Origin: Ginglymostoma cirratum
Taxonomy: Eukaryota
Length of the DNA stretch: 64,000 nt
Direction: 5' to 3'
NCBI GenBank assembly: GCA_024137785.1
Contig: JAHRHZ010000140.1
Span: 33,708,805 to 33,772,804, forward strand
Shown here: in pieces, positions 11,621 to 22,390 of the stretch
Numbering within the stretch: the first letter of the stretch is position 1
Layout of the letters: each line of letters opens with the position of its first letter
Program-made: the position numbers and the translations under genes
Notes under the pieces: model-generated
The model's input: only the letters and a program-made list of their open reading frames with translations
What the model was told of the DNA's origin: nothing
Databases searched by the model: none

Positions 11621-12053
11621 TTATTTTTGGTTTATAGATATTTCTCCATTTTATCCTTCGGTAGACACGGTGTTAAATTTCCAACCACCAGTCATATTTT
11701 TTCAATTTTTAATGCCTTTTAAACATTTTCTCTAGACTTTCTGCTTGATAGCCAGTCTGATGCCTGCTGCTGCTTGACTGGTGGGAAACTCTAAAGTAGA
11801 AGGACACAACAGATCAACATATAGGGAAAGATCAGTTAAGGTTCTAGTGGGGATGAAGAAGAGTGGAAGAGATTGTGGGGGGATAAGGAAGATGGTGCTT
11901 TGGGGGGAGAATGTTGAGTGGTCACAAGGGAACAAGATGGTGTTCAGGTGGAGGGCAGCTACTGATCAGGATGGTTCATTGGTAAGTTTAATGAGCTGAA
12001 TGGAAATACCCCAATTCCTTCAGGTTCAAAGGCAGAGCTTTAAAGGCACTTAC

Positions 12054-12383
12054 CTTGATCAATAGTTTTCCTCTCCTACTTGTTGACTTTTCCCGAACAC
12101 GGAATTCTGACTGACAATGGTTACAAGTACGAACATTGTAAAAATGGAGGCATAGAGCTTCCTTAAAAGAAGTAAACACAGACGAGCTTCTTGTGAATGG
12201 ATTGGTCATAAGCTTTCCTCCTTCCTTCGTTAAAACTGGAATGACTGTTCTGAGCAGATTGAATTCCTTTTTCAGATTTGTGACTTTTTCACTCCTTGTG
12301 GAGCCAACTATTTCTTCAGGTTGAAATGTATCCCCTTGAGTCAGAAAATCATATTCAACATTAGATGAAATGAGTAAAAAGGC
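12054..12383 (-). other. Open 110-codon frame with splice-like ends; probable decayed LINE RT N-terminal segment
   Basis: No stop across 330 nt, flanked by a pyrimidine tract plus TAG and by AAG|GTAAGT. Translation TVIPVLTKEGG..TN...S...K....H......QSEFR...KST follows the LINE RT pattern V.P..K.G..NYRPIS..K..H..Q.GFR...ST. Confidence 0.35.
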
Positions 12384-12389
12384 CTATTT

Positions 12390-13200
12390 TAAAGAATGAA
12401 ACAGAGAAGACAAAGAGAGGGAATTTCAGGGCAATAGGGTCTTGGCAGATATAGCACTGCGACCAGGGTTTTGAAGAGTCCAAAATCAGAGGAGCATGAT
12501 GATCCTAGTGGGCTGAGAGTTTTAAGGAAATTAGAAAGATAAGGAGGGACAAAGGTGGGGAAATTTGGAAGCATGGATAAATTTTAATATCGACGCACTA
12601 CTTAATGGGAGCTAAAGCAATTCAGTGAATACAAGAATGGTGGGTAAATGGAATTTGTGATAGGGCACTTGGAGCAGAATTTGGACGATCTCAAGTTTAC
12701 TCAAGGTAGAGCATTGCAGGTCAGCCAGCTTTGTGTTGGAATAATGGAGCCTAGAGGTAACAGGTATGGTTGAGATCTTCAATAGCAGCTCTAGAGTGGA
12801 TGTAGAACTGAGTGTTGTTGCCTGTACATGTGGAGTCTGAGCTTTTGGACAATGTCACCAGCGGCCAGTGTGTAAGTAAGAAATAGGAAGGAAATAATGG
12901 TTATTTTCTGAAGTGACACCAGTAGTAATAGTGTGGGAGCAGGAGGTGAAGCTATTTCATCTGATACCCCTTCTGCAATTTGACATGTAAGAAAGGAACC
13001 ATGTGAGTGCCATTGGTGGAAGAAGGTGTGACCAACTGTGTTGATGTTTTCAGAGAGTCATGAAGCATAAGGAGGATAACTACTTAAGCTGTCATTTGCG
13101 ACTTTGATAAAAGCCTTTGCTGTGCTGTGATCAAGGGCAGACAGAACCTGTATGGAAGGATTCTGGGAGAAATGGGCACAGATATGGGAGGCATTGAATT
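12390..13200 (-). mobile_element. L2 LINE fragment, old
   Basis: gagagggaatttcagggc, tggaataatggagcctagaggtaac, gtagaactgagtgttgttgcctgtaca (decayed YADDTQ.Y) and HSTAKAFIKVAND (HSTETAL.KV.ND). Confidence 0.65.
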
Positions 13201-13704
13201 GATTCTTGTGGAGGAATTCTTGTTCATGAGCAAAGATAAAGATTATTTTGACTGCAAACAATTATTAATAAAAGTACATTATTCATGAGATGTCAAAATG
13301 GGCGAGACTTGATATACACGTGATAGCATTAAATTATAAACTCAATCAAAATGACTGTTTAAAAGACCTTGTCCTTTCTTTATAAAAATTATAATTGCAA
13401 ATACCTAAAATATGTCAAAGTCATAGCTGTCAAAAACTAAAGAGCAGTAGGCTATGAATCAGGTTCCAGTACCTATTCTACCAGTCAGTACATCATTTCA
13501 GTTGGAGTTAATAACATTGTTTGTAAGCAGTGATATCCTGAGATATCCTTACCTGAGTAGCAATGTCCTCTGATTTACGTCGACATTTATTTGCTTTGTT
13601 CAATGAAAAGAAAAAGATAAAAACAAAAAAAAAATGTGTTTGGAGCGGATGGGCCCCGGCTCAGGAGCCCTAAACTGCCACCATCTTGATGATGCATTTC
13701 TCAC

Positions 13705-14225
13705 AAGACAATCTGCACAATCCTGGTATTAGTCTGGTGAACCTCCATTTAATAGTTTCCAATACACTTACACTTACGTTAAATAAGGATACCAATTCAG
13801 TACATAATAATCGCTCAGTGCTCTCACCAATGCCTTATGTAATTGAAGCATAACCTTAATTTTGTATGCAATTCCCTTTGAATAAATAATATTCTGTTAG
13901 CTTGCCTGATTTCTTGCTATACCTGCATGCTAACCTTTTGCAATTCATGCACTAAGACACGCTGATTTCTCTATATCTCAGAATTCTGAAATCTCTCGCT
14001 GGTTATACAATATACTTCTTTCTATTCATCCTGTCAAAATTAACAATTTCACATTTTACTACAATGTACTCTCATTGCCAAAACTTGTCCACCCATCTAA
14101 CTTATCTATATCTCTGTGTAACCTCCTTATGCCCTCTTTGAAGCTTACTTTCTCACACATTTTCATGCCAACAGCAAATTTAGCAACCATGCTTCTAATC
14201 CCTTCACTCAGATCATTAATATAAG
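13705..14225 (-). mobile_element. CR1 RT C-terminal fragment
   Basis: Reverse complement matches 25290-25780 (tatattaatgatctg...gttgctaaatttgctg..., cttcaattacataaggcattggtgaga). Confidence 0.75.
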
Positions 14226-15289
14226 CAGTAAGAAGAAGGTGTGAAGACCTTGTAAGAAACTAATGCCTTGTAAATAGCTCAGGACTGCAGTAAGTGATGG
14301 TTGAAAGTAATATTTGTTTTATGCAGTTGAGCCAGATTAGAACTCAGAAAACAAACTGGGGACGCTGCTGGCTTGGTGAAGCTCGCTGTTTGTGAAACCT
14401 GGAGTCCTGCTTGTGTAGTTTCCAGGAGTCCAGGGAAGTATAATCTCAGGAAAGAAAGATGGGTCACCAGAATGTCAGCAATCGTTGAACCAATCAGTCT
14501 GTAAGGATTTAGCAGGAAATTTTAAGGCTACATTATTGAAAGTGAAGAATTGTAACCCACTGTGAAGCTTTAATGAATTTTGTTGGCCTATATTGTCACT
14601 GAAGTCTAAGGGAGACTGCGGCAATATCTATGGGGTTTGTTTGATTGAATGTGATGTGTTTGACCATTATTTGTCTCTCTTCCCCATATTTGTTTCATTT
14701 ATGTTTGGAATGTTAGGATCTAGGTCTCATGTTGCCACAATCTAAACCTTTTTTTGTTAATATTCTTTACATTTTTGTTTAAATTCTATCTGTGATTAAG
14801 TAGTAATTCTTTGTTAATTAAAGAAACATGGCTTAATTATTCTTAATGCTAAACCAGACACAGCATAAAACTGTTAAAACTGGTGATAGTTGGCCGGATC
14901 ATCATCCTGGTTAAATATAAAATTTGTCACGACCAATGAGAAGGCTGACTAGGAAGGAATTGGTACACCCCTCCAACCTGTTATAACGTATTTAATGCAA
15001 TAGGGTATTTATGCGTTCAACTTGTAATTTAGTCCTTAAAGTTAAAGCATTTCTGTATTCTGTTTTTTCCAAGCCCCCAAATTCTTTGATCTGTTTGGCA
15101 CAACTCTGACATAAATTATTACAGGTACTATTATTTCACCATCAATGACTTTGTATATGATTGTTTATTCCTCCTATTTTAAAGCTTTTAGATTCTGCAA
15201 ATTTCAATGCTGCTGTGATCCTTTTCTCTTAAAGACTGTTACTTCTATAAATAGAATAAAATAGCAATTTTGATATATTTTCCTTTCTT

Positions 15290-15585
15290 AGAGATTCAAC
15301 AAACAAACCACTTTCTGTGTGAAAAAAATACCTTTTAATTCTTGGTCCCTTTTAAATCCTGCCCCTCTCACCTTCAAATTATGCTGTCTAATTTTGAACT
15401 TCCATACTCCTAGGGAAAGACCCTTGCTTTTACCTTATCTATGCCCTTCATGATTTAATACACCTCTGTAAAGCCATCCTCAAACTCCTACACTCCAGCG
15501 AAATGAGTCCTAGCCTATCCAGTCTCTCCTTATACCTCAAACCCTCCAGTCCTGGTAACATCCTTGCAAATGCTTTCTACACTTG
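15290..15585 (-). mobile_element. CR1/HER1-type LINE ORF2 3' fragment
   Basis: ccttatctatgcccttcatgattt.atacacctct...ctccagcgaaa...cctagcctatccagtctctccttata...cctggtaacatccttg is the typical CR1 ORF2 end. Confidence 0.8.
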
Positions 15586-16329
15586 CATCTGCTCACTATA
15601 GCAATGACACTCATTGTGAACTAAAAGTACACCTTTTATTGGATCATTAATTTAAAGATTATCCCCTTGCCAAACAGGGATTTTTAGTTTAACTCATGGA
15701 GCTCTGATACATTTAATACATTTAGTTCCTAACCTAACCTGAAGCTGGGAATGCTCCTACAGATCCTTGCTTCCTAGTGGCATCTTTTATTGTCAGATAG
15801 GACTAGTCTAGAAGCTCTTTCCATCCACACTGTTTTTGCTGCACTTCCTCTCCAGGTCTGTCATGAATGTTTTGAAAAGTTTGAAAAAGTTTGCTCCCTT
15901 ATTGGTGTTTCCACGAGTTCTTCCTGACTGTTTGTTCAAGAGCTTGCAGTTGTTGACTGTGACAGTAATTCTTAAAGAAGTAAAGTTTTCAAAGCTGTAA
16001 ACTCACTTCTAAGTCCATGGATTTTTTTTTACTATTGTATCCTGTGGTATGAAACAATGATGCCCACTGCTGATCACCATATGCTGTTTGTGGTTAGAAG
16101 GATGTTGGCACCTATCTTCATTTCTCTGAATGAATCTAAGGGAGCAATTGGTTTACAATTTTAGAGGATCAACTGCTATTAAGTTTTAACAAGGCAACTC
16201 TGTTGTCATACCAAGATGTAGTTTATTACATGATAGCAACTAAGGACAAGTAACCTCAATTTTTTAGACATTATTACTAAGACTATGAGAAGATGATTGC
16301 TGTGCATGCAAACAGAGCCTAACATGTCC

Positions 16330-17560
16330 CACCTTATCCTCATCCAAACTAACATGGATGAAGCATGGGTTTGGCCATATTGCCAATGAATGCTTCAGGT
16401 AGTTAGGATTGCCATACAACCTGTCCTTCTTGGAAAGGTTTATGCTATAAAACATCTGTGACCACAATAACATCAGACAGTGGTCAGCATATGACATCCT
16501 TGAAAGACTATGAGAAAGGGAGATGGCAGGTCCAATTGAATCATTCCCTGAGCAGACTGTCAAGGTCATTGGCAGAATGTCTCATTGCTAGAAAGTACCA
16601 ACTAGCATCAAGACATAACTTGACTGATTCTAATCTTCCCTTTGGGTCTTTCCTACGTGACCAGAATTTCACCTTTCCACGTTACCCTCGTGGTGGCTGT
16701 GGTGGAGAGGAGTCTGTTGTCCACCTCCTTACAAAGAAAAACTGAAGAGAAATGCAGTAGTTTTTGATCAAGACTCATTACAAGCAGCTGCCATACACAG
16801 GACTCTGTACTGTACAGAATGTTCCTAGGGATACACATCGAGACAAACGTCAACTCCAGGTGGAGGACCACCAACTCAATGAAAGATGCTATTTGGTCTT
16901 CCAGTGCAAACTTTCTAGTCTTGGACTGCAAAGAATTGTCCTCAACTGAATGTTGCAAAGGGGCACATTTCAAAGTCCAAGACTATATGCTGAATGATGC
17001 ATTAAAACTTGGAGCAGCCACCGCAGAGGCACAATAGGGCAACGTCACTGGCTGAGGCCTTTCAGCCATAGTATACTAAGGAGGTGGAACAAGCTCTTGT
17101 AGTGCAGTGGTAATGTCCCTACCTCTGAATCAGGAGCTCTGTGTTCAAGTCCCACCTCCTCCAGAGCTGTGTAATGACATCTCTGAACAGATTGATTAGG
17201 AAAATACAAAAGGGGTAGAAATTGTAGAAACACATCTTGAGCTGTGTATTTCACAAATAATTTACATCTATCAAGGGAATTGAAATAGTGTTGAGGCACT
17301 TCAGAGTGGAACATGGCGCAGGGAGAAAGGTTTCTTTCTTCTATACTTTTCAATTTGAAATATTTGCCCTCAGACTGTACTCCTGATGTGGAATGTGAAT
17401 TGTAAACATTAAGTCAAGCATATTAAGGTATTTAAGTGCAGAACATGCTGAATTGGATTTGAAGTTGAATTTTATTGAAAATTCTGTAATATTCAAACTA
17501 AAATGTTTTGTAATGTATTTTTTGTCGTAAATTTTATGAATAAAGTATATTTTTTAAAAC
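16330..17560 (+). mobile_element. Tx1 (L1-group) LINE 3' end
   Basis: Zinc-knuckle remnant PRGGCGGEESVVHLL, then WRTTNSMKDAIWSS.N.LV...ELSSTECC..AHFKVQDYMLNDALKLGAATAEAQ*G. The 3'UTR ends with tatgaataaagtatattttttaaaa. Confidence 0.8.
17092..17207 (+). mobile_element. Short tRNA(Gln-like)-derived SINE, inserted in the Tx1 3'UTR
   Basis: A box tagtgcagtggt, anticodon-like ctctgaat, B box gttcaagtccc. A second copy lies at 45227-45535. Confidence 0.65.
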
Positions 17561-17833
17561 AAATCAGATCGAGTGAAGCTTAATGAAATCTCCAAAATAA
17601 ACTCTTTCAGAGCCATAGGCTTGTACAAGCAGGACTTCTTTCAGTGAAAGGGAGTCTCACCCTTGAGAGGTACACACTGATAGAAACATAGAAGGATGGA
17701 GCAGGAGGAGACCCTTCTGCCCTTCAAGCCTTCTCTGCCATTCTTCATGATCATGGCTGATCATCCAACTTGATAGCCTAATCTTGCTTTCTCTCCATAA
17801 CCTTTAATCTCATTCACCCCAAGTGCTATATCT

Positions 17834-18252
17834 CGTTGAGGTTGGTTGGCTCGCTGAGCTGGTTTACTGTTTTGCAGACATTTCATTACCGTGCTTGGTG
17901 ACATCCTCAGTGCAGCCTCTGATGAAGCGTCGGTGTGTTTTCCCGCCTGGTTTTTAAACTCTGGGGTCCGTTGAGATGGATTGCCTCACTTCCAGGTTTC
18001 CTTCGTAGTGGAATGTACTTGGGGTCGAGTTCAATGTGTTTATTAATAGCATGCTTCGTGGGGTGCCATGCTTCTAGGAATTCTCGTGCCTGTCTCTGCC
18101 TAGCCTGTCCCAGGATCTTGGTGTTGTCCCAGTCGAAGTCATGGTTCTCCTTGTCCATGTGGATTGAGATAAGTGAGTATTGGTCGTGTCTTTTTGTAGC
18201 CAGTTGGTGTTCATGTACTCTTGTTGTTAGTTTCCTTCTGTTTCTCTGATGT
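17834..18252 (-). mobile_element. PLE (Penelope/Poseidon-type) 5'-truncated copy: GIY-YIG end plus pseudo-LTR
   Basis: YI.ET.RKLTTRVHEHQLATKRHDQYSLISIHMDKENHDFDWDNTKILGQARQRQAREFLEAWH...AINKHIELDPKY.PL. Flanked by a 12-bp duplication agtgctatatct (17822-33) / agtgctgtatct (18253-64). Confidence 0.9.
17873..17914 (-). ncRNA. Minimal type-I hammerhead ribozyme motif
   Basis: Minus strand: TGCA-CTGAGGA-T-GTCACC-aagcac-GGTAAT-GAAA-TG-TC-TGCA. Stem I is TGCA/TGCA, stem II has one mismatch, and the GTC cleavage triplet is present. Confidence 0.8.
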
Positions 18253-19029
18253 AGTGCTGTATCTAGTCGCTATTTAAATACATTCAGTGTTTTGGCATCA
18301 ACAACTTCCTGTGGTAACAAATTCTACAGCTCACCACTCATTGGGTGAAGAAATGTCTCCTCACCTCCGTCCTAAATCATCTACCCCGAATCCTCATACT
18401 TGTGACCCCTGGTTCTGAATAATCTGATTGGTTGGCTGCTCTAGCAGAGCTTAGTGGTGACCCCTGCTGGTATTGCTGAAAGGAGAACATAGGAGAGACG
18501 ATGGTTTCCTGGAAAGGCAAACTCTGCCATTTTAAGGTAGGAAGGGAATATGGAGCCTGGGAGCAGGGAGAGTTTCGTGGGAGGCTGTGTTTTGGAGGGC
18601 AGGTGACGCAAAAGGATGGGTGGGGTAAGATCTTGATAGCAGTGGCCCCAAAACATGCAAGGCATCTGCCTCCCACCACATTAGGTGTCCTCCACTCCCT
18701 TACCCCTTCTTCAGCTAGGCAATAATAAAACAGCCCACTGTGTTGTGGCTTGAGCTGCATATTATTAGGTCAATATCCTTGCTAAACAAGCTGAGTTATT
18801 ATTAATAAATTATTTATTTCAATATGACAAGTGGGCAGCTGATTTTCGTACCCATCCATCCATTAGATTGTGGGGATCTGTTTGAGACAGAGTCTGCCTT
18901 ACTTCCTGACCTTTTATATACTCACTCCTCCCCACAGTAAACACGCCTGTCAGAGACACTAAAATCCAGCCCTGGGTTTGCAATTTAACATTTATAGTTT
19001 TCTGAGTCAGGTGCACAATTCTTGAATTT

Positions 19030-19450
19030 GGAGAGCTTTTGAAAATGATAACAACCATCTATTTCTTTTTGCTACTTGGGATGACATCAGGTCCCCATAA
19101 GTTTGTCCAATTTAACAACTAAAGAAAGTTAATTTCAATCTTTTTATCCTTTTATTAAATTTGTTCAATTACTTCCCTTAACGTTTTAATGTTCCTTGTG
19201 CTGCTGGTATTTTGGCCTCATTCTCAACTTTGAACGTGGCTACAAAATAGTTTCCTTTATTTCTCATTAATCTGCCTTTATTAGGCCTATATTCCCCATT
19301 ATCACTCTCTTTCTTTTCGTGCGCTTATAAGAATCATTTGTTGTACCTCTTATCGCTTTGCTGCTTTGTAAAGCTCTCACAATCCACATGCTTTACTTCT
19401 CCTTACAGTTGTGCAAGCCTTTTCCTTTAACTAAATAGCTGTTAGCTCAT
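19030..19450 (-). mobile_element. Old CR1 ORF2 (pre-RT) fragment
   Basis: Minus strand ggacctgatgtcatcccaag (GPD..HP) and aactattttgtagccacgttc (YF.SVF-like). Confidence 0.45.
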
Positions 19451-20871
19451 TTGTTGGTCATGGCTGTTCATCTATACAAGTTCAGTTTTAGTCAATAAAC
19501 TTGTTGCAATGCTCAATGAACAATGATTCAGTTCTTTGCACTCTACAAATAGCAATCTCTGACCAAGCTGTACTATGTCTGCACAATGAAAGATGCTCTT
19601 CTTCCTAAATTGAACTGTCATCCTTCGCCTTAAATCCGGCTCCAGTGGTATTTTCTGCACTGGGTCTGGGAATTTAAACAACCACTGATATGTACAATGA
19701 CTGCTACAAATGTCTGAGAATGAAGTCACAATCTGTTCAGAAATGTGCAATTTACAAAGTCACTTGAACATAAAAGTTATAGAATACAACAGATTGTACC
19801 TCAGAGATACATTATTGCAGAATTTTGCCTCCAGTAAGCAGGCTTGTCTTTGTAGGATGTAATGTTATATCATTAAAAACAATAGCTACAATAAAATTGG
19901 GAGCCACAGGGATTTGGAGCCTGAATACATTTACATCAGCCATTCCCTTGGTGGCATTAAAAGGGAACAGAGCCAAAGCTGCAATAAAACTGTGAATAGA
20001 GGATTATTTTACTGTTGTGCAGTAATAAATTAATATCTACAGAAATCCAGAAAAATCCATCCACTGGCCTCATTTATCTGTTGGCAGAAAGTGCCAAGTA
20101 TGAATGTCTAATAATCTCGGCAAGTTTAATTTGCCACTCAAACTTTAAAGCCTTATCTGTTCCCCAGAGAATCATCCTAAATATCAGTATGAATAAAACT
20201 GGGTTTATAAATTCAGATTATCAGAAATTCAGATATTTGTTGTAAAATTTGAAGTTTTCAAGTGTTTGCGTGGGATTTATGAATGATCTCCTTTAAATAT
20301 CATTGTTAATTCTTAAAGCAAATATTCCTGAATCCAGGTTGGAGGTATCTTGATGGAAAGTCAGATGTCACTTTGTTGTCATGCTGCTTGAACAGTAAAA
20401 ACATTGCTTCTCTGTTTACGTAGAGAATCTCCTGGCATCGGATAGTGCTGTGGCAAAGTGGACTGTAACCTGTTACACCATGGAATGGTTGTGTAGAACA
20501 TGAGGCATACACCAAGCTTCACAAGCTAACCCAACTGGTCACATGTATTCCTTTTGTGATCAGGACAAAAGTGGCACTGCTAGCAGCTTGTGAACTTATC
20601 CTCTTGCTGGATATTCCATGTCAACAACATTTTAAGACAGGAGGAAACAAAATTATTTTAAAAGAGAAGAGAATTCTGCACAACTATAGTTTTTTTTTCT
20701 AATTTCTTCAGCAGCCAGACTTTCTAGATCTTAATTTGGATTGGTGAACACAGAAAATCTCAGTCTTCCTCATCCTTTAGGGGCAGGGTGGCTATGCATT
20801 CACCCTTACCCTTTTCAATAGGAGTCTTTCCAGAGTAATTAAGGCCAAAGGCTCTAACTGATTTTTCTTCC

Positions 20872-21190
20872 TCCCTGGTGCAAAGGTAGGAGAGACTAGA
20901 ACCAGAGGGCACTGACTCGTGAAGGCATGACCCTTTAGAACTGAGATGAGATGGAATTTCTTCAGCCAGAAGATGGTTAATCCATGGAACCCATTGCCAC
21001 AGAAGACTGTGGAGGCCAAGTCAGTGAGTATATTTAAGACAGAGATAGCGAGGTTCTTGATTTAAAGGGACCAAGCGTTACAGTTTGAAGGCAGAAAAAT
21101 GGGACCGAGAAACGTGTCAGCCTCACTCAAATGGTGGAACAAACTCAATGGGCTGAATAGCCTAGTCCTGCACCAATGCCTTATTGTCTT
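20872..21190 (+). mobile_element. CR1 LINE 3' end
   Basis: agactagaaccagagggcac...gagatgagatggaatttcttcagccagaagatggttaatccatggaac...atgggctgaatagcct. Confidence 0.8.
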
Positions 21191-21194
21191 CCTT

Positions 21195-21372
21195 TACTGT
21201 CACTGGATCAAAACTCTGGAACTTCCATCTTAACAGCACTGTGTGTTTGCCTACACCAACTGGACTGTAGTGGTTCAAAAGTGGTTCGCCACCAGCTTTT
21301 CAACAGCAATTAGAAACAGGCCACAAATGCTATTCTTGCCAGTGAAGTCCACAATCTATGAAAAAATAAAAA
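21195..21372 (+). mobile_element. LINE 3' terminus (CR1/L2 group; partner tail of second SINE family)
   Basis: cactggatcaaaactctggaacttcc..aacagcactgtg...tggttcaaaa...gccagtgaagtccaca.. followed by an A-rich tail. Confidence 0.65.
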
Positions 21373-22074
21373 ATATTAGGCAAATAAGCAAAATATAGTT
21401 CTCTTGAGCAGTTTTCTTTCTTCTTTTCATATTTTGTCCAGCTCAGCTATTTTCTATTTATAAAAATGTTAGCATTACCACATTTGTAGTCACTTGCCAA
21501 TGTTCATGCTCTTTTCCTGGCATGTAAGACCTCATTCTTTTCAAGTATTAGATAAATCACAATACATGCATCAAGATAATAGGAGATGCTATTTAATTAA
21601 TTATATGTTCCCTTTGTGGGTGGATTTAAAGAGAACTAACATTATTTTCCTTGGCTTAGTCTGTCATTCGTACTCAAGATAAAGTTTTCCTATAGTTATT
21701 AAAGTATAAAATTGAGCCATTAAAATATGGACAATTTTCTATCATAAAGTATTGTATAGTTTTCAGACTGACTTACTTTCAGGTAACAAGAAGTGATCCA
21801 TGTTAAATAACAGAAGCTTGACACTGTATAAACCATCTATGATGAAAGATCAAACTGCAGTGCGGCATCCAGTTAAGTTAATGCAGATTGGTTTATGTCA
21901 GCTAACAAATAAAGTTTGCTTTTCAACATACGTGATAACATCACCCAACTAATAATCTTCAAGCTCAAAACAGCTCTCAATGCCTATCTAATAATAGAAA
22001 GAAAACTGAAAATTAAAGTTATTTTCTGATCAAACTGTTACTACACATGGCTGGAGCAGATGGAACGTGAAACC

Positions 22075-22390
22075 AAGGCTTTTTGATCTGGGGTGGGGGA
22101 TTTCAAGACTAGCGGGCATATTTTTTAAGGTGAGAGGAGAAAGATTTAAAAAAAGACATGAGGGGCAACTTTTTTACACAAAGAGTGGTTCGAGCGTGGA
22201 ATGAACGTTCAGAGAAAGTGGTGGATGCGGGTACAGTTACAACATTTAAAAGACATTTGGATTAGTTCATGAATAAAATATGTTTGGAGGAATATGGGCT
22301 AAGCGCAGGCAAGTTGGACTAGTTTATTTTGGGATTATGGTTGGCATGCATTGATTGGATTGAAGGGTCTGTTTCTGTGCTATATGACAC
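22075..22390 (+). mobile_element. HER1-type CR1 LINE 3' end
   Basis: tttaaggtgagaggagaaagattt...ttacacaaagagtggtt..tggaatgaa...acatttaaaagacatttgga. The tail gaagggtctgtttctgtgct is shared with HE1 SINEs. Confidence 0.85.

Larger units (their letters stand above)
17678..18420 (-). mobile_element. CR1 LINE 3' end split by a PLE insertion
   Basis: atagaaacatagaag tail and catggctgatcatcc UTR on the left. The element resumes at 18253 with aaattc.acagctcaccactc..tgggtgaagaaat and tgacccctggttct. Confidence 0.8.

Noticed and set aside
14240-14990. Possible solo LTR (tgtgaag...gttataac)
   Set aside because: There is no second copy, clear TG..CA end or TSD in the window, so it cannot be supported.
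17919-17945. CTGATGA on the + strand as a second hammerhead
   Set aside because: No downstream stem II-GAAA-NUH arrangement.
18425-18780. GC-richer islands resembling MITEs (also ~38490-39090, 42070-42640, 44140-44720)
   Set aside because: Probably old non-autonomous DNA transposons, but I could not define TIRs or TSDs by eye.
19472-19750. 92-aa ORF with acceptor-like start
   Set aside because: No recognisable domain and no convincing donor or partner exons.
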